The position numbers were made by a program, and so were the translations under genes. The notes beneath the pieces were generated by a model. That model ran no database searches. It worked only from the letters and a program-made list of their open reading frames with translations, and was not told the DNA's origin. DNA of 64,000 nucleotides, from the NCBI GenBank assembly GCA_964016885.1, contig OZ024743.1, positions 266,228,001 to 266,292,000 on the forward strand, in the 5' to 3' direction. The DNA is from Eledone cirrhosa (taxonomy: Eukaryota). Positions 31,068 through 44,300 of this stretch are shown piece by piece (the stretch's first letter is position 1; the number at the start of each line of letters is the position of its first letter).

Positions 31068-32644
31068 AGTTATACTTGGGGAGGGTCATATTTGTGTAAT
31101 ATAGCCAGAATTAATAACAAAACACACTCACTGTTTGGTTGGTTTTCGCTTCTCGCTGTCTTTTATATCTGCGATCTAACTTAATCGGTCCTCAATGTTG
31201 CCATTGACTGACCGACGGTCAAAAATAATACAGATACAATATAGACACAAACACATATATATAGTTTACATAATTTACATAAATCTTTCATCGTCAGTGG
31301 TGTTATATTTTTTTCCTCCTGTTGTGTTGTATGTCTACGCCATTTTTTATTCAGTCTGTCTATATATTTATTTATTTATTTGCTTGTCGGTTTATTTTAT
31401 TTTGTCTTCTTTGCGCATGCGTTTGCGTGTGTGTATACTGTTACGTTTGCTGTGTGACTAGTGTGTATAGTGTTGTGTCTGCTGAGTGACTAGTGTGTGT
31501 TTATGTGCTTGTTGTTATTGTGCTTGTGTATGTATTTATTTATCTTATTTTATTTTATTTTATTTACATATTTAAGACCCTGAGAAAGACCCACTTAAAA
31601 GCCAGGAACCACCATAAAATCCCTGATCAGCAAACCGACCCCTTTAAGAAAACCCACTGTACCAATAGGAAATGTATCATATGTAAGGTGAACCCCCGGA
31701 TAAACTGTAAAACTAGAAACGTAGTCTATAGCATAAGATGTCCAGAGGATACTTGCAGAAACATGACAACAACATACATAGGCGAAACAGCTCGTAGCAT
31801 AGGTGAAAGGATAGACCAACACTGGGGGGGAACTAAAAGGACGATAAAACGGGTCAGTACTATACGAACATGCTAGACAACAACATGACGGTAACATAGA
31901 CAACATAGAAATTAGAATAATATCTAAACATAGGAATGACCCAGCAGATAGGCAAATCAGAGAGGCCAGTGAAATAGAAATTAGAAGACCAAAGCTAAAC
32001 AGAAAGAATGAGTGGAACAACAACAACACCAAAACAAACAACACTGACCTAAGAGAAGTATAAATAAGTAAATAAAATAAAATAAAATAAGATAAATAAA
32101 TACATACACAAGCACAATAACAACAAGCACATAAACACATACTAGTCACCCAGCAGACACAACACTATACACACTAGTCACACAGCAAACGTAACACTAT
32201 ACACACACGCAAACGCATGCGCAAAGAAGACAAAAGAAAATAAACAAACAAGCAAATGAATAAATAAATATATAGACAGACTGAATAAAAAATGGCGTAG
32301 ACATACAACACAACAGGAGGAAAAAAAATATAACACCACTGACGATGTTGCAGATGTGCAACGAAAGATTTATGTAAATTATGTAAACTATATATATGTG
32401 TTTGTGTCTATATTGTATCTGTATTATTTTTGACCGTCGGTCAGTCAATGGCAACATTGAGGACCGATTAAGTTAGATCGCAGATATAAAAGACAGCGAG
32501 AAGCGAAAACCAACCAAACAGTGAGTGTGTTTTGTTATTAATTCTGGCAATATTACACAAATATGACCCTCCCCAAGTATAACAATATTTGTTTCGACAC
32601 ACGATTTCATATAAAAAACCTCGCTAAACTAATTCATCGCCGGT
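31068..32644 (+). mobile_element. Fold-back PLE with endonuclease remnant, family P8: inverted arm ~31068-31570, GIY-YIG ~31600-32030, sense arm ~32070-32583, tail to 32644
   Basis: ~500-bp inverted arms. CTNRKCIIC..NCKTRNVVYSIRC..C..YIGETARSIGERIDQH is a Cys linker plus GIY-YIG (Neptune-like, tentative). HHR core at 32339-32372. Confidence 0.85.
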
Positions 32645-32649
32645 ATATA

Positions 32650-32691
<42 letters not shown>

Positions 32692-32723
32692 AGGCGTGTA
32701 TATATAGTGAAGGCGTGTATATA

Positions 32724-32855
<132 letters not shown>

Positions 32856-33175
32856 TAAATATTTACACATACACCAATTAAACAAAGTCACAGGTATATG
32901 TGTTTTGGCAACTATGCATGATGTGGCTCAATGAAAAATTAATAAATTAAACAATCAGAGCAAAATACTATATAGTAAAGCAAGTCCAGAGAATTATTTG
33001 ATAATATATATACATCACCTCTACTCCCAATCAGCATAATTAACCACACAAAAAATCAATTAGACCAGGCTATAAGATTAAAAGGCACATATGAAGAAAC
33101 AGTAAATAAATACGCCACAGCAGCGTCTTCGCGTCCAACCTGCTTTTTCCTAATCTCCTACGATAAATTATACTC

Positions 33176-33244
<69 letters not shown>

Positions 33245-33249
<5 letters not shown>

Positions 33250-34288
33250 GTGAGGTATTTTTACAAATTGAAAAATAACCGAGGTGTCCTACACGAGTGA
33301 AAGTATAAAGAAAAAGAGATGAAATCGAAAATGCAACTGGAGTTTTATTTTTTTTTTAAATATATATATTTATTTGGTTCCTTTACCGGTTTTGCATTCT
33401 TCTGCTTTTCAAAAGGTGAGTTGAGATGGAGGGTCTGTGGTTTTTCTCACATCTGGTTGGTCACTGAATGTTACTTGTTTTATATGGAAAAAGTGGCTCG
33501 AAATGCCAGGTTTTTCGGGAAGTAATTTGATTGGTTTGTCAATAATTATAATAAATTTCGCGCCAGCTCGCGTTACAATAGTTCTTCAAATAAGAGGGGG
33601 GGGGGGGTGTCACAGGTTGTTTTTTCATATATGAGTGTTTGAATTTCTTTTTACTTCGAAAAAGGTGCTCACGAAGGCTTTTTTTTGGTTGGTTATAAAT
33701 GAAATTATGGCTGTCACGTGAACAAGTTTTCATTAAATTTTCGTGCCCTTATTTGGAAATCCATTCTGTAGCCTTTTTAGAGAATTTTATGATAAGTGAA
33801 AGATAATGGTCAAGAGAAAGGGATGGGAGTATTGTTCTGGTTCAGTGAATATGGTTAGTTCGCTGGGGTGTCAGAATTCAGATTTTCTATTGAATAAAGA
33901 AAGTAAAGATATGTATGTTTATTTGTGTGCTTGTATGTGTGTGCGTGTGTGTGTGTGTTGTGTGTGTGTGTGTTGTGTGTGTGTGTGTTTGAATTTCTTT
34001 ACTTTAAAAAAAGGTGGCTCACGAAGGCTTTTTTTTTAATAAACGTGATTTGATTGGTTATAAATGAAATTAAGGCTGTCACGTGAACAAGTTTTCATTA
34101 CATTTCGCGCCCTTATTTGGAAATCTATTTTGTAGCCTTTATAGAGAATGTTATGACAAGGGAAAGATAGTGGTCAAGAGAAATGGGATTGGGAGAATTG
34201 TTCTGGTTCAGTGAATATGGTTAGTTCGCTGGGGTGTCAGAGTTCAGATTTTCTATTGAAGTAAAGATATGTATGTTTATTTGTATGC

Positions 34289-34348
<60 letters not shown>

Positions 34349-34808
34349 TGGAAAATGATTCCTTTAGTAGGAATATTTTTGAATGAACATATTTTCCTTA
34401 CTTATTCGTATTTGTTCTGTTGTATTGTCAATGCAAACGTATGTTAAGGTTTATTTAAAGTAAAAAGAAATTCAAACACTCATATATGTAAAAACAACCT
34501 GTCACAACCCACCCACCCTCTTATTTGAAGAACTATTGTAACGCAAACTGGCGCGAAATTTATTATAATTATTGACAAACCAATCAAATTACTTCTCGAA
34601 AAACCTGGCATTTCGAGCCACTTTTTCCATATAAAACAAGTAACATTCAGAGACCAACCAGATGTGAGAAAAACCACAGACCCTCCATCTCAACTCACCT
34701 TTTGAAAAGCAGAAGAACTGCAAAACCGGTAAAGGAACTAAATAAATATATATATTTTTAAAAAAAATAAGACTCCAGTTGCATTTTCGATTTCATCACT
34801 TTTTCTAT
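33245..34808 (-). mobile_element. Fold-back PLE, family P9: arms ~33310-33650 / ~34465-34806, with an internal ~320-bp direct duplication (~33635-33950, ~33985-34300)
   Basis: Inverted arms encode the same pseudo-ORF (33437+ / 34677-). Mutated HHR cctt-ttgaaaa-gcag..ctgc-aaaa-ccgg-ta-aagg in both arms. (TA)n on both sides. Confidence 0.75.
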
Positions 34809-34829
34809 ATATATATATATATATAATTA

Positions 34830-37592
34830 GGAAAACAGAAAATGCTTATTGTAATCCAGTTTGTGGTGCGCTCGTGACGTCCTACGAACAAAAGACTTTA
34901 TACGTCGGGTTAGATGGAATACTTTTCATTTCGACATAGGACGTAACGGTCGCACCGTGGAATGCGACAAGGAAACATACGGCTTCAAATCATGTAAGAA
35001 CCCACCTACCAACCCTCAACTGGATGCCTTTGAACAGGACTTACTAAAGAGGATTATGGATATTAAATTCAAAAAGCAGAAGAATAATAAACTCCAGAAT
35101 GACATTAATAGATTCATAAAAAAGCTGCGAACCACCAATGGAATTATTGTCAAAGCGGACGAAACCTTAAATGTGTATACGATGGATTTTAATACATACA
35201 ATAGCTTCATACGGAAGGAATTACATAGGAATTACAGAAAAACAAACGAGACGGCACTGATAAACATCAACAACGAGGCACACAATATAGTCAAACACCT
35301 AGGAATAGAGGATATAACGGAGCCACTTAGGCCATGTACCCCCACTTTTAATCTCAAGAACCATAAGGTAAATTTTGATTATAACCCCACAATTAGACTT
35401 ATATGTCCGTCCAAATCGGACATTGGGAAAATTAGTAAACATATATTAGACAGAGTAATAGTATAAATGAAGAATAAACTAGTGATTAAACTATGGGGTA
35501 ATACTACCGAAACAATTAAATGGTTTAACAGTATAGCTAACAAAAAGTATCTAAGTTTATACAATTTGGCATTAACGACTATTACTCCTCTATATCACCC
35601 AATACCTTGGATAAAGCCCTAGCATTCGCCAAAGCCATTCTGACCTGACAGACGACTAGATAAAAATTATATTAGTTGCTAGGAAAACAATAATTAAATT
35701 TGGAAACGCCTATTGGGAACGTAAGGATAGATTAGATAACTTTGACATCACGGTGGGGGCTAATGACACGGCTCAGGTCACGGATTTAGTAGGTATCTAC
35801 TTAGCCCATAGTTTACATAAGGAATCTAGCGACCTTCACGGTGGAATCTACAGAGACGACGCCCTTCTTCTAGTTAAGAATCTAAATAACCAGAGCATAG
35901 AAAGACTGCGCAAGAATATTAGAAAGACTCTCGGTAAACTAGTCCTTGGCATAACGTATGGATATAGCACTAAAATAGTTAACTTTCTAGACGCGACGCT
36001 TAACCTAAATACGGGACTTATAAGACCTTTTCACAAGAATAATGAAATATTAGCCTACATCAACTGTAATTCGAACCACCAACTCTCCATAATTAAGTCC
36101 GTTCCACGCAGCGTATCCCTTAGGATCTCCCGCTTCTCGTCTAACCGACAAATCTTCGTGGAACACGCGGAATATTACAATACCGCAATAGATAAGGCAG
36201 GCCACCTAGGTAGAGTAGAATATATAGATGAAAGCCTCCGCAAAGCACACACGAATAGGCATAACACAAACACCAGAAACACTCGCACACACGCATTTAC
36301 GCATAGATATACCAATTATACTGAACATAGAAATACAACATCATTATCAAACAGGTCACGCAGTAGAAAATATATTTGGTATAACTCCATATTTTAACAC
36401 CTTCATTGGTACCAACCTACCCTCTACCTTCTTTAGAATAATAAATAAGCACTTTCCCGATTCACATAGATACAGCAGAATCCCTAACACTAAATCTGTC
36501 AGACTATCTTACTCCACTGCACCAAACATAAGGCACACATTAAGATGCTTAACGCTAAAAAGATACGTATCAACACCGGAACACAAATTTATAACAATAA
36601 CAATACAATTACCATCGAACCCAACAGGATATCTAATACACAACCACCCACTAGAAGGCAAACAAAACGTAACCCTCTTTTACAGGCATCGCAGCCCAGC
36701 AATAATGCCTAAATTGCCCATGACAAGAATTATAATTGCCACCTACCTGAAACCTATCCATTGCATAATGAATGTATGCAGTCTAACCTGGTTTATCAAT
36801 GCACGGTCGAATCAGACAACCAGAAATGGTATTACATCGGAGCGACTGGGAATACATTTAAAGCTCATTGGTATACACATTGTTACGCAATGAAACATTC
36901 CCAGCATCGCTACGTAACTACCCTTACGAATAAGACCTGGCAACTGAGGGAAAGTAACCACCAATACACCCTGAAGTGGAAGAAATGATCGAACACGCCT
37001 GCATATCGGAATGGTAAGAGAAGCTGCCGGTTATGTGACCTTGAACTTTTCCACATTTTGAGTTCGAAGAATAAGTTAATCAACAATAAAATCGAAAGAT
37101 CAATTTATTGCAACCATAGACTTGAAGAAAAATGTTCGCACTACAAGTGCAACTCGAACCCTTAACCTCCTATCCTACTACCACCTGACAAACTACATAT
37201 ACTTAGACTTTCTACCCTCTTATTGAATATAACCACTTTAATTACCACAGTAACCAATACTTATGTCCATCTCTCCTCCTTCATTCCTTTTTTCTTTTTT
37301 CGTTTTCTTCTTTTCTTCTCTCCCTTTTTTTGTTCCCTTTTCTTTTCTTTTTTCTCTTCGCCCTTTTTATATATATATTTATCTCTCTATCTCTCCCGCC
37401 GCAAACCCCTCTCTCTCTCCCTCCCACTATAAACAATTTAATTCTATTTAACTGCCTACACTGTAAATTGACGACATCAAGTGAACGAATCAAAACTGAT
37501 CGAGGAATCCTCCCATCTTTACCCCTCCCTCCATCTCCGTTTGTTCCTCTACTACTTCCTATTTCTTCTCCTCCTTTCTCTCTATATATATA
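34830..37592 (+). mobile_element. Decayed Penelope-like retroelement, RT plus C-terminal GIY-YIG (Nematis-like, tentative)
   Basis: Frameshifted ORFs 34861-37165 with YGFKSCKNPP, IVKADET, PTIRLICPSKS, MGA..AQVTDLVG, GIYRDD, VNFLDATLNL, VYQC..YIGAT and CRLC. Confidence 0.9.
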
Positions 37593-37821
37593 AGTAAATA
37601 CGATTCCAAAAAATGTTTTTTATATATTTAGAACCTTTTACAAGTAACTTATTCATTTTTTGAAAATTTGGAGGTGAATAACAGTTATTATCGAGTGGCT
37701 GCTATTTGCAGTATAGCGATATAAGGTTGAGCTTACCAATGAAACGGTCGTAAATACCTGGATAAAATCTTTTTTTTAATGCTCACCTTTGTTTTCTCTT
37801 TTATTGTATATAAATATATAA

Positions 37822-40800
37822 ATATATGTAGAGTTTATATTTAATTTGTTGGGATTCAACAAGCTTAAAAGTGTTATAACTTTATAGCAAGTAAATTTAT
37901 GAATTTATAAATTTACGACTTAGTATAAAATAACATAAGGTTCATGTTCTAATTACATTCTTAAGATAGAAAATTTAACTTTTTAACTTCTTAACCTTAT
38001 AGCATTTAATCCATAGAGTCATCTGGGTTATTAATAAATCACTTATAACTTCCTTTACGCTTTACTGTTATTATAATACAAATAAGTAGTTATACTTTTG
38101 TAAACTCTTGGAATGTCCATAAGGTTAGAATTATTTGGATATTTTAAATTTTGACTTACAATTTTTTAATAATTAATAAAATATAATAATATATATTTTT
38201 TTATATATTTTTAAATAATATATAATAATTTATATCCTTAACATACACATTGAAACTAATTATTAAATTATTAATTAAACATTTAATCAAATTTATTAAT
38301 TAAACCTTTAATCAATTTTTTTCAACCTATCATTACAAATAGTATAGTCAATACTTAACGAATCCTTCTTTATTATTCATCCACGCTACTTTCCTCTCAC
38401 GTAAACATACTGACGCTGTATTCGTCCTTATAACTAATATTTTCTCTTACTTACTCTCACACTATTTCCACTGTCAAAAAAATATATATAACCAGTTCTT
38501 CTTTTTCTCCTTCTTTCTTTCTTTCTCTCTCCCTCACAATATCACCTTCTTCCAACAGTTTAATTTAAATATACCGTTATCTTTTAAACCTTTCGGACAC
38601 TCATTTGCATACTCAATCATAACTTTATATCACCCTCAATAAATGTAATATCTCCACTATCCAGGAAGCTCCAACTGGTAAGGTTGTCTTTTTTTCAGGG
38701 TATGTCAATATTTATTCATAAAACTATTCTGTATTGTATTTTATCTGATGAAAGCGCACCATAATTTGCATTGGTGGCCCTTGAAATATGTATAATAAAA
38801 TAAATATGGTTTTATAAATATAGTTTCTATTTGTTAATATATTGTATATTTACTCCACTAACATGTTGAGTGCTTTATATCAGTTATAAAAAAACTTTTA
38901 AGCTTGTTGAATCCCAACAAATTAAATATACCCTCTGCATATATTTTGCTCCTTTACTGTTGAGCGCTTTAAATTATAACTGATTAAAAATGGAATTCTT
39001 TAAGATCTCTTCTTCTTTAAGATCGCTTCTTTTCTGATGTGAAAGAAAATATTTCCAATATTGATAGAATCTTCAAATACAAAAAGAATCCACATTCCAA
39101 CAAACTACTAATGGAATTTGAAAATGAGATTATCTCTCTCATAGAAAGCATTACATTTAAGAAAAACAACTTCGTAGGTCAGGATTACCTAAGAAATCTC
39201 AAAAATAATATAGAAAGCTTGCAAAAACGAAAAAAATTCTAGTTAAATCAGATAAAACCAACAATCTTTATGGAATGCAAAAGGATAATTACAACGATCT
39301 TACAGTGAAGGAATTAAGGAAGAATTACAAAAGAGCAACCAGTGATGACCTTGAAAAACTAAATACGGAAGCTTTTCATATAATGCAGAAATTAGGCATC
39401 GAAAATAGGACTTTTGTAATTGAATTACCAGTTAGATTGATTGCACCATCTAAATCGGACCTTGGCATACTTAGCAAGAATATTTTAGACAGAATCATAC
39501 CACAAATTAAGGAATTATCTTATTTAAAATTATGGAAAGGGACAAATGAATTTATCGACTGGTTTAAGGACATTAAATATAAGTATAATACAAATTTATT
39601 CAATTGGATATTGCTAATTATTACTCATTCATCACTCCTAATATACTTAATAAAGCCCTTACATATGCATTTAAATATACAGATTGAACCAGTAATGAAA
39701 TGCACATTATCTTAACTGCATCGAAAACATTAATTAAATTTAACAACAACCTCTGGACTAGAGCAGACAGAGATAGTAATTTTCATATTACTATGGGGTC
39801 ATCCGATTCGGCACAAATTACGGATCTTGTGGGGCTTTCTATTAATAATACTTTACATAGGAAGATACCGGAGATGACCGGTGGTTTATATCGTGACGAT
39901 ATGCTATTACTTATAGAAAATAATAATAATTGTTAAATAAATAGGAAAAGAAAAGAAATTATACAATTTTTTAATTGCCTTAATCTTAAAGTAAAAGTAG
40001 AGAATAATTATAAAATAGTTAATTTTCTAGATGTAACTTTAAACCTTAACACTGGTCTTTATTATCCATTTCATAAAATAAATGAGAATCTAAACTATGT
40101 TAACTTTAAATTCAATCACCCCAGATCCGTTAAAAACACTATAGTAAATTATGTGCATCAACGTATTTCTAGAATTTCAGCTAATAAGAATATTTTTTAA
40201 GATAAAGCACAATATTATAACGAAGCGTTAGGTAGAGCAGGATATAGTAATACAATTAAATACATTGATAATAAGGATGTGCCAACTAATCATAACTATA
40301 AAAATTATAATAGAAAACCTTACAATAACTCGAAAACCAAAAGAGGAAATAGAACTAGAAATATATTATGGTTCGCTCCCCCTTTCTCATTAAGTATTAA
40401 AACACCTATTGCTAAATTATTCTTTAAAGCTCTAGATAAATCTTTTCCTAGAACACATAGGTATGACTCAATATTTAATAGACATACTATCAGATCATAT
40501 TCCACCACTATGAATTTAGCGCAGACTATTAATAGAATTAATATTAGAAACTTAAAACCTAACCAGAGTAGCATTAATACCCCTAGCATTATCCAATATA
40601 ATGGTACGGCTCCCAGTAATTTAAATTTAGATAAATGTAACTGTAAAAATAAATCTAACTGTCCTCTAAATAATAATTGTTTAGTTAAAAATATAGTATA
40701 TAATTGTAATGTAAAAACTAATGTAAACTCCTTTAATTATGTAGGCTCTACCTCCACAGACTTTAAGTCCCGTTTTAATAACCACAAATGTTCTTTTATG

Positions 40801-42460
40801 AATATTGGTAAAACATCCTCAACTTCTTTATCTAACTTACTATGGGACCTGAAATCGAAGAACATTAACTAGTCTTTACTTTGGAATATTATCTCCAAAG
40901 TTCCTTCATACACTGCTTTATCCGAGAATTGCGCTCTTTGTATCGAAGAAATATTCTTTATATTAAAAAGTAAGAACTCTATTAATTTAATGAATAATTT
41001 ATTTAGTTCTTGCAAACTTTTAAATATATATATAAAATGTAATATAAAACTTATCACTTTTAAATAATGTCCTCTATATCCATATATGATTCATATACTT
41101 AACTTATTTTCTATTATCTCTACTCCACACATATATATATTATTACACCTATCGATAAATCATTAAATTCCTTTATATGACTGCTTGAAACACCTTTAAG
41201 GAAAATGTTTCTTAATAAACTTTCTGACGGGTTTAAGAAAATCTTTGAACATTCCTTTGAAGGATATAGAAAAACTCTATTTTTATATTTTATATTTTAT
41301 ATTTTTTATATTCTTATATTTTTACAATTTTTAATAATATATATATCCAAATGTTTATATATATGTGATAAACATAGGTTTTTTTGTGTATGTGTGGTAA
41401 AACCTATAATTTATGCTTTAAATATATTCTTATGAAAAATGTTTATGCTTTATGTTTTAAATATATTCTTAGGAAAACATTTTTTAAATATTATAATTTT
41501 AGATATTATAACTTTATAGCAAGTAAATTTATGAATTTATAAATTTAAGAGTTAGTATAAAATAACATAAGGTTGATGTTCGAATTACATTCTTAAGATA
41601 GAAGATTTAACTTTTTAACATCTTAATCTTATAGTATTTCATCCTTAGAGTCATGTGAGTTATTAATAAATCACTTATAACTTCCTTTACGCTTTACTGT
41701 TATTATAATACAAATAAGTAGTTATTCTTTTGTAAACTCTCGGAATTTCCATAAATTTAGAATTATTTGGATATTTTAAATTTTGACTTACAATTTTTTA
41801 ATAATTAATAATATATAATAATATATATTTTTTAATATATTTTTAAATAATATATAATAATTTATACCCTTAACATACACATTGAAACTAATTATTAAAT
41901 TATTAATTAAACATTTAATCAAATTTATTAATTAAACCTTTAATCAATTATCTTCAACCTATCATTACAAATATCCTTCTTTATTATTCATCCACGCTAC
42001 TTTCCTCTCACGTAAACTTTCCTCTCACGTAAACACACGCTGAATTCGTCCTTATAACTAATATTTTCTCTCACTTACTCTCACATTATTTCCACTGTCA
42101 AAAAATATATATAACCAGTTCTTCTTTTTCTCCTTCTTTCTTTCTTTCTTTCTCTCTCCCTCACAATATCACCTTCTTCCAACAGTTTAATTTAAATATA
42201 CCGTTATCTTTTAAACCTTTCGAACACTCATTTGCATACTCAATCATAATTTTATATCACCCTCAATAAATGTAATATCTCCACTATACAGGAAGCTCCA
42301 ACCGGTAAGGTTGTCTTTTTTTCAGGGTATGTCAATATTTATTTATAAAACTAATCTGTATTGTATTTTATCTGATGAAAGCGCACCATAATTTGCCGTG
42401 GTAGCCCTTGAAATATGTATAATAAAATAAATAGGTTTTTATAAATATAGTTTCCATTTG

Positions 42461-42467
<7 letters not shown>
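37822..42467 (+). mobile_element. Penelope-like element with direct pLTRs (~37875-38850, ~41505-42467), decayed RT/GIY-YIG ORF (~39000-41020) and an inverted tail copy at 37822-37880; family P7 pLTR
   Basis: ~960-bp direct repeats. PVRLIAPSKS, TMGSSDSAQITDLVG, GLYRDD, NFLDVTLNL, CNCKNKSNCPLNNNCL and VYNC..YVGST motifs. HHRs at 38737-38802 and 42364-42429. Confidence 0.9.
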
Positions 42468-42494
<27 letters not shown>

Positions 42495-42500
<6 letters not shown>

Positions 42501-42687
42501 AAGGAGCTTCTACAGGACTAGGACTGTTTCATTCAGATGAAATCTTCAGAAAGCTTCCTGAAGATTTCATCTGAATGAAACAGTACTAGTCCTGTAGAAG
42601 CTCCTTCTATAAAATAAAAAATTTTACTCTGCCATGTATTGAGTACCTTACTTACTGTGGTTATCCCCGACTCAACACGGGACCTAC

Positions 42688-42690
<3 letters not shown>
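42495..42690 (+). mobile_element. Minimal fold-back PLE, family P1: ~117-bp palindrome that is essentially one HHR plus its antisense, then the tail
   Basis: agcttc-CTGAAGA-..-GAAA-cag(tactagtc)ctg-TA-gaagct at 42552-42602. Tail closely matches 831-899. Confidence 0.85.
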
Positions 42691-42731
<41 letters not shown>

Positions 42732-43327
42732 GAAAACAGGGAGAAAAAGACGATTATTAGGAAGAAAATTATTTTGTTTTCCCTTTTTATTTATTTCTCT
42801 CTTCTTTCTGGGTTAGAAAATGATTAAAACGAAACATTTTACTCTGTGTGAAGTGTTAAGGTATGAGTTGATGTATTTATTAATTAACAATGGCATTTAT
42901 TTATTTATTTATTTATTTATATATTTAATAATTGTCTATTACCGGTTTCAGCATGTTTATGCATTATCAATTGATAGTGATATGTATTGGTGTAGAATGG
43001 TGGTATTGGACATGTTAAAGAAATGGTGCAAAAAGAATAATGTTATTTACAAACAATGTTTATGAAGTGAAAAGAAAAAAAAAAGAGAAAAAAAGGGATG
43101 TAATGTGGAGCATAAAAAGTCAATGTGAAAGAAAAAATAATGTTATTTACAGGCATAGTTCTTGAAGTTAAGCAGATCAAAATGTGTTAATATAGCAAGG
43201 GTTCTTAGTTGATACATGATGGAGGCAAATGGTGGACTGGGGTTTGATATGATTTCCCTTTTTAGAGAGTTAATATGCAGGGGGAGGTAATTCATGCTCG
43301 ATGATATTTAATTTATTTAAGAAAAAA

Positions 43328-43497
43328 GATTAGGTAGGGTGTGAGGGAGGTAACTCTTCATCCATCGTACCAATAAGGAAACATATTTCATTAACAAATT
43401 CCAACCTCTACTTAATGCACAAAACTTCGGAGTAAAATAAAACTGGAACGAATAATCAAACATTTACAAGAGTTACCTCCCTCACATCCTACCTAAT
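43328..43497 (+). mobile_element. Tiny inverted-repeat PLE relic enclosing an endonuclease C-terminus
   Basis: taggtagggtgtgagggaggtaactctt / aagagttacctccctcacatcctaccta. The spacer reads KETYFINKFQPLLN. Confidence 0.5.
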
Positions 43498-43534
43498 ATT
43501 TTTTCTCACCGCCATACCTTTAATAGTTTAGATT

Positions 43535-44300
43535 TAAAAAAATAGCACGGCGCTTTCTGAATTATGTCTGGAAGCTTAAACAACAGAATATAGAGCACTC
43601 CATATCCTGGTCCATAGTGTGCTCAGCCCAACCTTACAAAGGCACCACTGGCGTCTGTAATTTGTGCGTCGCTGAAACATTTAATTTTATTAGAGCCGGC
43701 CCCCTATTAATTAATAGGAGAGCGGAATTTTTCAGCAACTGCCAACAGAGAACCTCGAAAACCTTCCGCAGGATTTTTGGAAAGTAACCCTCCAATAACT
43801 CCTCCCTCTCTACTTTAGGCATAGAGTTATCTCAATAAACAGACAGTCACACACTCAGGTAATTAGACGGTTAAGATCGTTTGCGCACTTAGAAACGGTA
43901 TTCGGCCTGTTTCCACAGAGTTCTCACAGCTGAGTGCCTAGTTAGTAAATAGTTAGAATGATTAGACACTCAGAATACCTAGTTAGTAAATGATTACACA
44001 TTCAGACAAGACCGATTACGCGCATTTACCTTTACTTTAAGATACCCTAACCATAGAGTTCTCTCGGTTGGGATATAGCTAGACGTATTGCACACTCAGT
44101 TAAGACCGTTTACGCTCTCTATACATAACTCTACACACAGTACCCGTTTTCTTTAGACATTGAGTTCCCACAGCTACGACTGGTCACGTTCCTACCGATT
44201 GAACACTACTCTAGGTTTTGATCATCTAACCATGGAGTGCTTACAGTTACGGATTGAACAATAATACTTACACACCATTAATGGGCCTACACACATCCTC
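43535..44300 (+). mobile_element. Penelope-like endonuclease C-terminal remnant, followed by degenerate ~70-140 bp tandem repeats
   Basis: NSTALS..WSIVCSAQPYKGTTGVCNLCVAETF..LINRRAEFFSNC. Repeat units start ca(t/c)(a/t/g)gagt at ~43820, 43914, 44052, 44158 and 44231. Confidence 0.65.
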
